DNA of 64,000 nucleotides from Candidatus Krumholzibacteriota bacterium (lineage in GTDB: Bacteria > Krumholzibacteriota > Krumholzibacteriia > JAJRXK01): assembly GCA_963764625.1 (NCBI GenBank), contig CAVXTH010000007.1, positions 224,001 to 288,000 of the forward strand, read 5' to 3'. Positions 39,274 through 48,028 of the stretch are shown here, in pieces (within the stretch, counting starts at the first letter, position 1; each line of letters begins with the position of its first letter). Made by a program: the position numbers and the translations under genes. The notes under the pieces were generated by a model. The model was not told the origin of the DNA. It did no database searches and saw nothing but the letters and a program-made list of their open reading frames with translations.

Positions 39274-40703
39274 TCGATCGAGCGAGGAGAGATCAAGACG
39301 GCCCTCTGCGCCTGCTTCTCGTCAATCCTCGCAACTCACTCGTAAAGCTCCACGACAAGAGGAGCCGCTGGAACAAGTACCGGGTGTGGAAGCCGCTGGG
39401 TCTGCTGGTATTGGCCGGGCTCACGCCACGCGAGTGGGACGTCACGATCATCGATGAGAATATCGAAACGCCGGACTACTCCAAACTACCTCGCGCAGAT
39501 CTCGTGGGCTTGACCGCGTTCACGTCGCAAGCGCCGCGAGCGTATGCCGTCGCGGCAAGCTTCCGGGCCAAGGGAATCCCGGTGGTGATGGGTGGGATCC
39601 ATGCCACGTTTTGTCAGGAAGAGGTCTTAAACCGGGTGGACTCCGTGGTGACGGGAGAAGCGGAGAGCGTGTGGGCGGAGGTGCTCGAGGACGCGGCAAC
39701 CGGCAAATTGAAGCCGATGTACTGCGGAACTCTCGAGCCAATGGGTAACTCACCCGCAGCTCGCCACGACCTGCTATCAAAGGGCTACTACCTCGGGTCG
39801 ATCCAGACCACACGTGGATGCCCACTCGATTGCAGCTTCTGCAGCGTCAGCGCATTCAATGGACGAAAATACCGGCGTCGACCGATTGCCGACGTGGTCG
39901 CGGAGTTCAAATCGATCCCGGAGAAGTTCGTCCTCGTCGTGGACGACAATCTGATCGGTACGCGCCATGATCATATCGAGCGCGCAAAGGACCTTTTTCG
40001 CGCCATGATTGACGCGGATCTTGGCAAGCGCTGGTTCTGCCAAGCTACGATCAACATGGCGGACGACGACGAGCTGCTCGCGCTGGCCCGCCGGGCCGGG
40101 TGCATCGGCGTTTTCATCGGATTCGAGTCGACTACGGCGGAGGGTCTCATCGAGATCCACAAGAAGTACAACCTGCAGAAGAGCCGGAACTTCCGAGACT
40201 CGGTCCGCCGCATCCAACGGCACCATATCACCGTCGCTGGCTCGTTCATCATTGGGCTCGATGTCGACCGCCCGGGCATCGGACAGTGCATTGCCGAGAC
40301 TGCCCATCACTATGGTCTCGATTTTCTGAACGTGCTGTATCTGACGCCGCTGCCGGGAACCCGCCTGTGGGAGAAGATGGAACAGGAGGGGAACTTGGTA
40401 GCAACTAACTTTCCGCAGGACTGGCAGCGCTACACGCTGAATCACCCCGTGACACGACACCCATACTTGGGCCCCGAAGAAATTCGCGCCGAGATGAAGT
40501 CTTGCATGGAAGAGTTCTACTCCCTGCACCGGCTATTTTTTCGAGTGCTACGGAATGTTTGGCGTCGTTGCGAGCCCAGGCTCACCCTGGTGGGAAACTT
40601 CTCGTACCGGGTAAACGGGCGGGCGAGCCGGGAGCCGGCAATGGGAATCAGTCGGGTGTCGTCGGCAGTTGGGAGAAACGGACACGTCCTGGTACGCCCG
40701 TAG
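39270..40703 (+). CDS. B12-binding-domain radical SAM protein
   Basis: PLGLLVLAGLTP, VVMGGIHA, TRGCPLDCSFC (CxxxCxxC), VDDN, IGFES, TPLPGT. Confidence 0.92.
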   Translation: MIDRARRDQDGPLRLLLVNPRNSLVKLHDKRSRWNKYRVWKPLGLLVLAGLTPREWDVTIIDENIETPDYSKLPRADLVGLTAFTSQAPRAYAVAASFRAKGIPVVMGGIHATFCQEEVLNRVDSVVTGEAESVWAEVLEDAATGKLKPMYCGTLEPMGNSPAARHDLLSKGYYLGSIQTTRGCPLDCSFCSVSAFNGRKYRRRPIADVVAEFKSIPEKFVLVVDDNLIGTRHDHIERAKDLFRAMIDADLGKRWFCQATINMADDDELLALARRAGCIGVFIGFESTTAEGLIEIHKKYNLQKSRNFRDSVRRIQRHHITVAGSFIIGLDVDRPGIGQCIAETAHHYGLDFLNVLYLTPLPGTRLWEKMEQEGNLVATNFPQDWQRYTLNHPVTRHPYLGPEEIRAEMKSCMEEFYSLHRLFFRVLRNVWRRCEPRLTLVGNFSYRVNGRASREPAMGISRVSSAVGRNGHVLVRP

Positions 40704-40711
40704 CTCAGCTG
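40695..40711 (+). repeat. 17-bp exact copy of the tRNA-Arg 5' end
   Basis: CGCCCGTAGCTCAGCTG equals 47715-47731. Confidence 0.6.
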
Positions 40712-40823
40712 CCCTCAATTCTGATCGCTACTCTCATCATTCTGATGGAACGGATTCTCATCGAGGTGGCCATCCAATTGCTCACGCCCATGGCAACAAA
40801 GCAGTTACGAGAGAAATCCGAAC

Positions 40824-40838
40824 TGGCATACGCAATGC
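40824..40838 (+). promoter_or_regulatory. Candidate sigma54 -24/-12 promoter
   Basis: TGGCATACGCAATGC (GG-N10-GC) upstream of the OmpA gene. Confidence 0.5.
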
Positions 40839-40955
40839 GATTGTGTACATGCGTACTTGGCATCGACTCGCTCAAGAACGGCCATTGCATCCCATTCATC
40901 GCGCTGCCATCGCCGGCTCGAAAAGCCCGCGGATGTCGGCGCAAGGAGGCGCATC

Positions 40956-41633
40956 ATGAATAAGCGCGTGACGATTACACTTGCAGTGCTCTTGACCATT
41001 TCTTCCATCGGATCGATGAGCGGTTGCGGTGCGAGCAATGCGGTCAAGGGCGGTGCGCTTGGAGCAGGGCTCGGCGGAGCCGGCGGCGCTGTCATCGGAA
41101 ACCAAGCGGGGAACACCGCACTCGGCGCCATTATTGGAGCCGCGGTCGGCGGAACGGCTGGCGCTCTTATCGGTCACCACATGGACCAGCAAGCAGCAGA
41201 GATGCGGCAGGATATCCAGGGTGCACAGATCGAGCGGGTCGGTGAGGGCATCAAGATCACCTTCGATTCGGGTATCCTCTTCGAATTCGACTCCGCGGCC
41301 TTGAGTTCAGTGGCCAAAGGCAACATCGACAAGCTGGCTCAGATCCTGAAAAAGTATCCCGACACGAACATTCTCGTGGAGGGAGATACCGACAACGTAG
41401 GGTCAGAAGCCTACAACCAGACGCTTTCGGAGCGACGCGCTCAGGCCGTCGCCGACTATCAGAAGACCCGTGGGGTCGCGGCCGCGAGGATATCGACTGT
41501 CGGACTCGGCGAGTCGAACCCGGTTGCTTCCAATGAAACGAGCAGCGGTCGTCAGCAGAACCGACGCGTCGAGGTCGCCATCTTCGCGAATGACAAGCTT
41601 AAGGATGCCGCGTTGGACGGAACGCTCAATTGA
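40956..41633 (+). CDS. OmpA-family lipoprotein with glycine zipper (YiaD-like)
   Basis: AAGGAGG RBS, lipobox SGC, Gly zipper, NQTLSERRA, QNRRVE. Confidence 0.92.
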   Translation: MNKRVTITLAVLLTISSIGSMSGCGASNAVKGGALGAGLGGAGGAVIGNQAGNTALGAIIGAAVGGTAGALIGHHMDQQAAEMRQDIQGAQIERVGEGIKITFDSGILFEFDSAALSSVAKGNIDKLAQILKKYPDTNILVEGDTDNVGSEAYNQTLSERRAQAVADYQKTRGVAAARISTVGLGESNPVASNETSSGRQQNRRVEVAIFANDKLKDAALDGTLN

Positions 41634-41692
41634 GTTGAGACGATCCATCGCCAACAGGGCATTTGATAACAACCGATCTAAGGAGACAATGT

Positions 41693-41827
41693 ATGAACCC
41701 AAAATTTTGTCTGATCCTGTCCTCTCTCCTCCTCGTTGCCGCCCTGGCTCCCCAGGCGTTTGGTGCGCAGAGAGCGCCATCCTATGTGGCGTTCAAGGGC
41801 GGCCGCGTGCACTCACCATCAAACTGA
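41693..41827 (+). pseudogene. Truncated exported-protein gene (signal peptide plus first strand only)
   Basis: AAGGAG then MNPKFCLILSSLLLVAALAPQAFGAQRAPSYVAFKGGRVHSPSN*. Confidence 0.5.
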
Positions 41828-41957
41828 TCGACACCGCTTCGTTTTGATGGAGTGCCCAATGGTGTATCCCGCGCAAGTCCTAATGAATACAGCACTTAAC
41901 CTCTGGCATGGTACTGGCCTACTTGAGTCATCGGTCTCAACGCCCAGAGGAAGTTCA

Positions 41958-42083
41958 ATGCTCAAGAAACACTACTCTCCGCCCACGCTGGTGCGCTGCG
42001 CAGAAGCTCGGATGATCAATCCAACCACGGCGTTCGGGCCTGAGCGTCGTGCGTCGGATCCTGACGGGGGGACATCTCGATGA
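41958..42083 (+). CDS. Small ORF (41 aa) coupled to the M48 peptidase gene
   Basis: AGAGGA RBS; MLKKHYSPPTLVRC...; ATGA overlap at 42080-42083; sigma54-like TGGCATGGTACTGGC at 41904. Confidence 0.4.
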   Translation: MLKKHYSPPTLVRCAEARMINPTTAFGPERRASDPDGGTSR

Positions 42084-42862
42084 CTTTCCGGCATGTCATT
42101 CACGAGTGTTTGCTATTGATGTTGATCGGATTGGTGGCGTCAGGATGTTCGACGGTTCCCATCTCCGGGCGTAATCAGTTCAATCTGGTTTCCGACGATC
42201 AAGCCGAAGCTTTGGGGGCGGAGGCCTACAAGAACGTGGAATCGGAATCGCGCCTCATCAAGAGTGGATCCCAATACGATCAGGTGCTGCGCGTCGGCAG
42301 GCGCATCGCCACCGCATCGGCCGAACCTGGATTTCAGTGGGAGTTCTGCCTGATCGACGAACCGGAGACGGTCAACGCGTTCTGTCTGCCGGGAGGAAAG
42401 ATCGCCGTCTACAGCGGCATCCTGCCGATCACGAAGGACGATGCCGGGCTAGCCACGGTACTCGCGCACGAGAGCGCGCATGCGATCGCGCGCCATGGCT
42501 CTGAGCGTATGACTGATCAGCTCGCGATCCAGCTGGGAGGTGCCGGACTTCAGCAATTGCTGCAGCAGAAGAGCCCGGCGACGCAGCAACTAGCGATGAC
42601 TGCGTTCGGCGTAGGAACGACAGTCGGGGTGATGCTCCCGTTCAGTCGATCGCAGGAGAGTGAAGCGGATCACATGGGCCTGGTCATCATGGCCAGAGCC
42701 GGATACGACCCACGAGAGGCACCGCTGTTCTGGAGGCGCCTGATGGGCAGTTCAGGCGGTTCGGGCGTCCCGGCCTTTCTGAGCGATCACCCCACGGACG
42801 AGCGCCGGGTCCAGGACCTCGAAACGTGGATGCCGGAAGCGCTCAAGTCCTACCGGCAATAG
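42080..42862 (+). CDS. M48 family zinc metallopeptidase lipoprotein
   Basis: Lipobox SGC, NAFCLPGGKI, HESAH (HExxH), FSRSQESEAD, FLSDHP. Confidence 0.93.
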   Translation: MTFRHVIHECLLLMLIGLVASGCSTVPISGRNQFNLVSDDQAEALGAEAYKNVESESRLIKSGSQYDQVLRVGRRIATASAEPGFQWEFCLIDEPETVNAFCLPGGKIAVYSGILPITKDDAGLATVLAHESAHAIARHGSERMTDQLAIQLGGAGLQQLLQQKSPATQQLAMTAFGVGTTVGVMLPFSRSQESEADHMGLVIMARAGYDPREAPLFWRRLMGSSGGSGVPAFLSDHPTDERRVQDLETWMPEALKSYRQ

Positions 42863-42885
42863 GCGCAAAGGGTGAAGGTGAACCG

Positions 42886-43941
42886 ATGGGAAGTACATCG
42901 ACGATGAAAGCAATCATCTACAAGGGACCGGGCGAGAAATCATGGGATTCGGCGCCCATGCCAGAGCTATCCGAGCCGACAGATGCGCTCGTGAAGATCC
43001 TCAAGACCACGATCTGCGGCACGGATCTGCACATTCTCAAAGGTGATCTCCCGGCCGTCACCTCCGGCCGGATCCTGGGTCACGAGGGCGTGGGGGTGGT
43101 CGAGAAAGTGGGCGAAGCGGTCAAAGGCTTCAAGAAAGGAGACCATGTCCTCATCTCGTGCATTACTTCGTGCGGCAAATGCGAATACTGCAAGAAGCAA
43201 ATGTACTCGCACTGTGAGGACGGGGGATGGATCCTCGGGTACTTGATCGATGGTACCCAGGCGGAGTACGTACGCATTCCACATGCGGACAACAGTCTCT
43301 ACCATATCCCGGCTGGTGGTAACGAGGAAGCACTGGTCATGCTGAGCGATATTCTTCCGACCGGGTTCGAGATCGGTGTGCTCTACGGCTCCGTCAAGCC
43401 GGGTGACACTGTCGCCATCGTGGGAGCGGGACCGGTCGGCATGGCGGCTCTGTTGACCGCCCAATTCTACTCTCCCAGCCGCCTCATCGTGATCGACCTG
43501 GATTCGGCACGGCTGGAGCTCGCCAAGAAATTCGGCGCAACCGAAGTCATCGACAGCTCGAAGAGCGATGCCGTCGAAGTCATTCTCGGCTCCACCAAGG
43601 ACGGGGTCGATGTGGCGATCGAGGCGGTTGGCATCAGACCGACCTTCGACGTTTGCCAGAGCATTGTTCGGCCGGGCGGTCATATCGCCAATGTCGGTGT
43701 CCACGGCAAGAGTGTGGATCTTCAAATCCAGAAGCTGTGGATCCAGAACATCACGCTTACCACGGGCCTGGTCAATACCAATACCACGCCCATGCTGATC
43801 AAAACGGTGGAATCAGAGAAGTTGCAGCCCCAGCAACTCATCACGCATCGCTTCACCTTCGACGAGTTCCTGAAGGCGTACGAGGTCTTCGGAAACGCCG
43901 CCAAGGAGAAAGCGCTGAAGGTCATCGTCGCGAATGATTGA
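42886..43941 (+). CDS. Zinc-dependent alcohol dehydrogenase (MDR family)
   Basis: ICGTDLH, GHEGVG, CGKCEYC..C, LSDILPTG, GAGPVG. Confidence 0.95.
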   Translation: MGSTSTMKAIIYKGPGEKSWDSAPMPELSEPTDALVKILKTTICGTDLHILKGDLPAVTSGRILGHEGVGVVEKVGEAVKGFKKGDHVLISCITSCGKCEYCKKQMYSHCEDGGWILGYLIDGTQAEYVRIPHADNSLYHIPAGGNEEALVMLSDILPTGFEIGVLYGSVKPGDTVAIVGAGPVGMAALLTAQFYSPSRLIVIDLDSARLELAKKFGATEVIDSSKSDAVEVILGSTKDGVDVAIEAVGIRPTFDVCQSIVRPGGHIANVGVHGKSVDLQIQKLWIQNITLTTGLVNTNTTPMLIKTVESEKLQPQQLITHRFTFDEFLKAYEVFGNAAKEKALKVIVAND

Positions 43942-43971
43942 GCTGTAGCCTCAGTTTCGAAGGAGAAACTC

Positions 43972-44121
43972 ATGCTTTGGACACTCGCAGTCGTTTTGTT
44001 GATCCTTTGGCTTCTCGGTCTTATCACGTCCGTTACCGCGGGCGGGTTCATACACGTACTACTCGTGATCGCCATCGTCGTGGTGCTGCTCCGTGTCATC
44101 CAGGGCCGCCGTGCAATTTAG
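43972..44121 (+). CDS. Small membrane protein (lmo0937/DUF5670-like)
   Basis: AAGGAG RBS; MLWTLAVVLLILWLLGLITSVTAGGFIHVLLVIAIVVVLLRVIQGRRAI*. Confidence 0.85.
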   Translation: MLWTLAVVLLILWLLGLITSVTAGGFIHVLLVIAIVVVLLRVIQGRRAI

Positions 44122-44142
44122 AGAAAAAAGGAGTATCTTGAA

Positions 44143-44355
44143 ATGAGAACAATTGGAATCGTGCTTCTGGTAGCTGGAATCCTCGCGCTGGTCTACGGGG
44201 GCTTCAGCTACAACAGAAACCGCACCATGCTGGAGATGGGCGATATGCACGTTACTGCCACCGAACACAAGAACATTACTATTCCCGCCGTCGTCGGCGT
44301 GGTCGTGCTGATCGGCGGCGCAGTGCTGCTGGTGAGCGACAAGCGCCGGGCGTAG
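44143..44355 (+). CDS. Small two-TM membrane protein (DUF3185-like)
   Basis: AAGGAG RBS; GIVLLVAGILALVYGGFSY...IPAVVG..VLIGG. Confidence 0.75.
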   Translation: MRTIGIVLLVAGILALVYGGFSYNRNRTMLEMGDMHVTATEHKNITIPAVVGVVVLIGGAVLLVSDKRRA

Positions 44356-44488
44356 GCCGAGGGGGGGCGATCAGTGTGAATGGTATTATCCGCGCACCTG
44401 CTCGCCCTTGCCATTGTCGCCCTGAGGTACGGTGTCGTTCAGGGCCGCCGAGTGTAGTTGGGTCATTAAACTCGTGGAGGCAAGAGTC

Positions 44489-46060
44489 ATGACGAAGCCA
44501 ATGCGGGAAAAAAGTACCCTGGGAAACACACCCTCGCCAAACAAAACGAAAGAGCCTGGCCGCCTATCGACGAGAACCCGCGTTGAGAAAGCAAGCGAAT
44601 CCAGAGGCCATGCGACGGAGCGCACCAAGATCGAGACCGCCCTGGCGATATCCGAGCTTCGCTACCGGCGCCTCTTCGAGGCTGCCAAGGACGGCATTCT
44701 CATCCTGGATGCGGAAACCGGCAAGATCACCGAAGCCAACCCGTACCTGCAAGCGATGCTCGGCTACTCCCGCTCCGAGCTGCTGGGCAAGACTCTCTGG
44801 GAGATTGGTCCATTCAAGGACGTCTGCGCCAGCCAGGAAGCATTTCGGCTATTGCAAAACAAGGAGTATGTCCGCTACGACAACTTGCCTCTGGAAAGGA
44901 GTGACCACGAGTACCAGCACGTGGAGTTCGTGAGCAATGTGTACCAGGTCGACGGCAAGAAAGTGATCCAGTGCAATATCCGGGATATCACCGAGCGGAA
45001 GGACGCCGACGATCGCATCCGGAAGGCCAATAAGGACCTTCAGTCGATGGTAACGGAGCTGCAGCGGCGCGATCACGAAATGCATCTGCTCCGCGACATG
45101 AATGAGCTGCTGCAGTGCTGCAATACACAGGAAGAGGCCTTTCGGGTGATTGGGCTGGAGGTGGGTCGCCTTTTCGTTGGGCAGTGCGGCTACCTGGCCG
45201 TCACGCGGCCCGGTGAGCAGCTTCTCGATCCGGTCGCGTACTGGGGTCCGGAGCGACAGGACGTGTCCAGTTTTACCCTGGAGGATTGCTGGGCGTTGCG
45301 GAGAGGCCATCCGCACGAGGTGACTGATCTTAAGTCCACTGTGCATTGCCGTCACTTCGTGAGTCCGCCGAGCAGCGGATACATGTGCATTCCGCTCACC
45401 GTGCAGGGCGACACACTGGGGATGCTGTGCCTCATCGGCGAGGCTCGGTGGAAGGGCGACAGCAATTTGAGCCAACTTCAAGCAGCCGTCGCCGCGGGCG
45501 AAATGATCAAGCTGGTTCTGTCGAACTTGCGATTGCGAGAGAAGCTCGGCGATCAGGCGAATCACGACCCGCTGAGCGGGCTATTCAATCGGCGCTACAT
45601 GGACGATAGTCTGTCGCGGGAGTTGAGTATGTCGCAGCGCCGTGGTTCACCGCTGTCGATCGCGGTTCTGGACGTAGATCACTTCAAGAGATTCAACGAC
45701 ACATTTGGTCATGACGCAGGCGACATGGTATTGCGCGAGTTAGCCCAGGTGCTGGCCGAGAACCTGCGCACGAGCGATATTGCGTGCCGCCTCGGTGGCG
45801 AGGAGTTTGCTCTCGTTCTGCCGGATTCATCACTGAAGGATACCAGGCAGCGGGTGGAGCAGATCTGTGGGTTAGTCAAGGAACTGGAGATAACGCACGA
45901 TGGCAAACTGCTCGGGACAATAACCCTGTCAGCCGGTATTGCCGGATCCCCCGAGCACGCTTCCACTGCCCCGGACCTGCTGCGGGCGGCGGATGTAGCT
46001 CTCTACGCTGCGAAGGAGGCCGGGCGGGACAGGGTCATGCTGTACACACCGGCTCAATGA
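44489..46060 (+). CDS. PAS-GAF-GGDEF diguanylate cyclase
   Basis: RYRRLFEAAKDGILILD...RDITERK; DPLSGLFNRR, DVDHFKRFND, I-site RTSD, GGEEF. Confidence 0.93.
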   Translation: MTKPMREKSTLGNTPSPNKTKEPGRLSTRTRVEKASESRGHATERTKIETALAISELRYRRLFEAAKDGILILDAETGKITEANPYLQAMLGYSRSELLGKTLWEIGPFKDVCASQEAFRLLQNKEYVRYDNLPLERSDHEYQHVEFVSNVYQVDGKKVIQCNIRDITERKDADDRIRKANKDLQSMVTELQRRDHEMHLLRDMNELLQCCNTQEEAFRVIGLEVGRLFVGQCGYLAVTRPGEQLLDPVAYWGPERQDVSSFTLEDCWALRRGHPHEVTDLKSTVHCRHFVSPPSSGYMCIPLTVQGDTLGMLCLIGEARWKGDSNLSQLQAAVAAGEMIKLVLSNLRLREKLGDQANHDPLSGLFNRRYMDDSLSRELSMSQRRGSPLSIAVLDVDHFKRFNDTFGHDAGDMVLRELAQVLAENLRTSDIACRLGGEEFALVLPDSSLKDTRQRVEQICGLVKELEITHDGKLLGTITLSAGIAGSPEHASTAPDLLRAADVALYAAKEAGRDRVMLYTPAQ

Positions 46061-46325
46061 AGCGAACTGTCTCGTCGCGCGTCATCTTCCTGCTCGTCAT
46101 CTAGGCGCATGTTCTCCTGGAGACCTGCGCCGGGATCCCTCAATCGGACAACCACACGATCGTCCCTCTATCAAAGTGGTGGGGAAGCCATCGTGTTGAT
46201 GGGGTGCCCGAGGGGTCGTGTTCTCCCAGATGCCATATTCAAACGACTTACGAGGCCTTCTACATGGGTCCCGTAGTTGCTTTGTCGGTACTGTGCAGAG
46301 AAACATCGCAAACGAGGAGGGATCC

Positions 46326-46682
46326 ATGAGACGCCTATTGACAGTCGGAAGCCTTGTCGTGGTTTTGGTTGCTGCAGGGTGTGGAGGCGGCAACCAACCG
46401 CCATTGAAGACCGCGCCCTCCACCTCCGCCATCCGCGCCGCCGAGGAGGTCGGGGCCACCGGAATTCCCAAGGCCTCGCTCCATCTGCAGCTGGCAAAAG
46501 AGGAGCTGGCCCATGCCACTACCCTCTGGGACAAGGGCAAGAAGGAAGAGGGCGCTTCTTACTTGCAGCGTGCCGAAGCCGACGCCGAGTTGGCGATCCT
46601 ACTGTCCGAGCAAGACGCCGAGAAAGTGCAGGCCGTTGAGGCGCTGGACCGCGTGCGAAATCTCCAGAAGGAAAACCGATGA
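46326..46682 (+). CDS. DUF4398-like lipoprotein
   Basis: GGAGG RBS, lipobox AAGC, AIRAAEEVGA...LQRAEADAELA. Confidence 0.75.
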   Translation: MRRLLTVGSLVVVLVAAGCGGGNQPPLKTAPSTSAIRAAEEVGATGIPKASLHLQLAKEELAHATTLWDKGKKEEGASYLQRAEADAELAILLSEQDAEKVQAVEALDRVRNLQKENR

Positions 46683-46702
46683 CCCGCGTGAAGGAGAATC
46701 CG

Positions 46703-47572
46703 ATGAAGAACGCAGTACTATTGATCATCGCCGCGTGTGCCGTCTTCCTGGGCGGATGCGCCACCACGGCCCCCAGCGAGCTTGTCAACGCCCGCCAGGC
46801 GTACCTGCAGGCCAGCGAAGGACCCGCGGCAAGACAGGCGCCGGCGGAATTGCACAAGGCGCAGGTGGCACTTGAGAAGGCGGAGACTTCCTTCAAGGAG
46901 GACTCCGATTCGTACCAGACGCGGGATCTAGCCTATGTTGCGCAACGAAAGGCCGAGATGGCGGCTGCGCAGGCAACCATCGCCATGGCGAAGGAGTCCG
47001 CGGCTCAGTCGGGCGAGGATTACCAGGCAATGCAGGGCAATATGCTGCAGGAAAACAAAGAGGACCTGGCCAAGACGCGCTCGAAGTTGGTGGCTGCAGA
47101 ACAGGGAAAAGCTGACGCGAAGGCCGCGCTCCTCACCGCAAAGAACGCCCGTGTGGCCGCTGACAAGAGGACTTCCGATGCCAAGGCTGCGCTCGCCAAG
47201 CTCGTCGCAGTCAGGGAAGACGAACGCGGCATGATCCTCACCCTCTCGGGAGGCGTTCTCTTCCGCTCCGGCGAATCGATGCTACTGCCCATGGCCCAAT
47301 CGAAGCTGTCCCAGGTTGTCGATGCGCTATCCACGATGGAAGAGCGCAACCTTGTTGTGGAGGGATTCACGGACTCGCAGGGTTCCGATCAGTACAACCT
47401 CGGGTTGGCCCAGCGGCGGGCTGATGCGGTACGTACCTACATGGTGAGTAGGGGCTACCCTTCGGGACGGGTCCTGGCTTCCGGGATCGGCGAAGGACGT
47501 CCGATTGCGGACAACGCCACCGCTGAGGGACGGGCGAACAACCGTCGCGTGGAGATCGTCATCCAGCCCTAG
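46703..47572 (+). CDS. DUF4398 + OmpA-domain lipoprotein
   Basis: AAGGAG RBS, lipobox LGGC, coiled coil, EGFTDSQG..YNLGLAQRRA, NNRRVEIV. Confidence 0.88.
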   Translation: MKNAVLLIIAACAVFLGGCATTAPSELVNARQAYLQASEGPAARQAPAELHKAQVALEKAETSFKEDSDSYQTRDLAYVAQRKAEMAAAQATIAMAKESAAQSGEDYQAMQGNMLQENKEDLAKTRSKLVAAEQGKADAKAALLTAKNARVAADKRTSDAKAALAKLVAVREDERGMILTLSGGVLFRSGESMLLPMAQSKLSQVVDALSTMEERNLVVEGFTDSQGSDQYNLGLAQRRADAVRTYMVSRGYPSGRVLASGIGEGRPIADNATAEGRANNRRVEIVIQP

Positions 47573-47713
47573 GCCGCCGGCCGGTCGTCTCGAACTCGAT
47601 GCGCGCGGGGCTTCCCTGGGAGTTCCGCGCTTCTCTGTCCAGGCCCCGAATCCCAGGCTGGCTGCTGATCCGTCGATGCTGTACCCTTTCGGGCCTCAAC
47701 AGTTTGTTCAGGC

Positions 47714-47790
47714 GCGCCCGTAGCTCAGCTGGATAGAGCATCGGACTTCTAATCCGGCGGTCGCAGGTTCGAATCCTGCCGGGCGCGCCA
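47714..47790 (+). tRNA. tRNA-Arg (anticodon TCT)
   Basis: 77 nt; acceptor stem GCGCCCG/CGGGCGC, D-arm AGCTCAGCTGGATAGAGC, anticodon loop CTTCTAA, T-loop GGTTCGAATCC, encoded CCA. Confidence 0.97.
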
Positions 47791-47919
47791 CGTAACTCTA
47801 GCGAGTTACAGGCCACAGACGCTTCGCCTTTTACCCTGTGATGGGCCAAGAGCCCGACTATCTACTCCTGAACTCCCTGATATGCCGCCGCGTACGAAGC
47901 GGTGCCGTTACCCACCTCT

Positions 47920-47949
47920 TTGACAGCATTGTCGGTTATTGGATAGAAT
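47920..47949 (+). promoter_or_regulatory. Sigma70-like promoter
   Basis: TTGACA-N18-TAGAAT upstream of ATG 48029. Confidence 0.55.
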
Positions 47950-48028
47950 CAAACGACACCTGACGGAGTCCGGCCGCAGCCGGCCGTTCAGGGGACGTGT
48001 CTGTGCGCTGCTCAGGGAGTGTGCAACG

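Noticed and set aside
46057-46104. MKRTVSSRVIFLLVI* coupled to the GGDEF stop, as another truncated gene
   Set aside because: Too short to distinguish from chance
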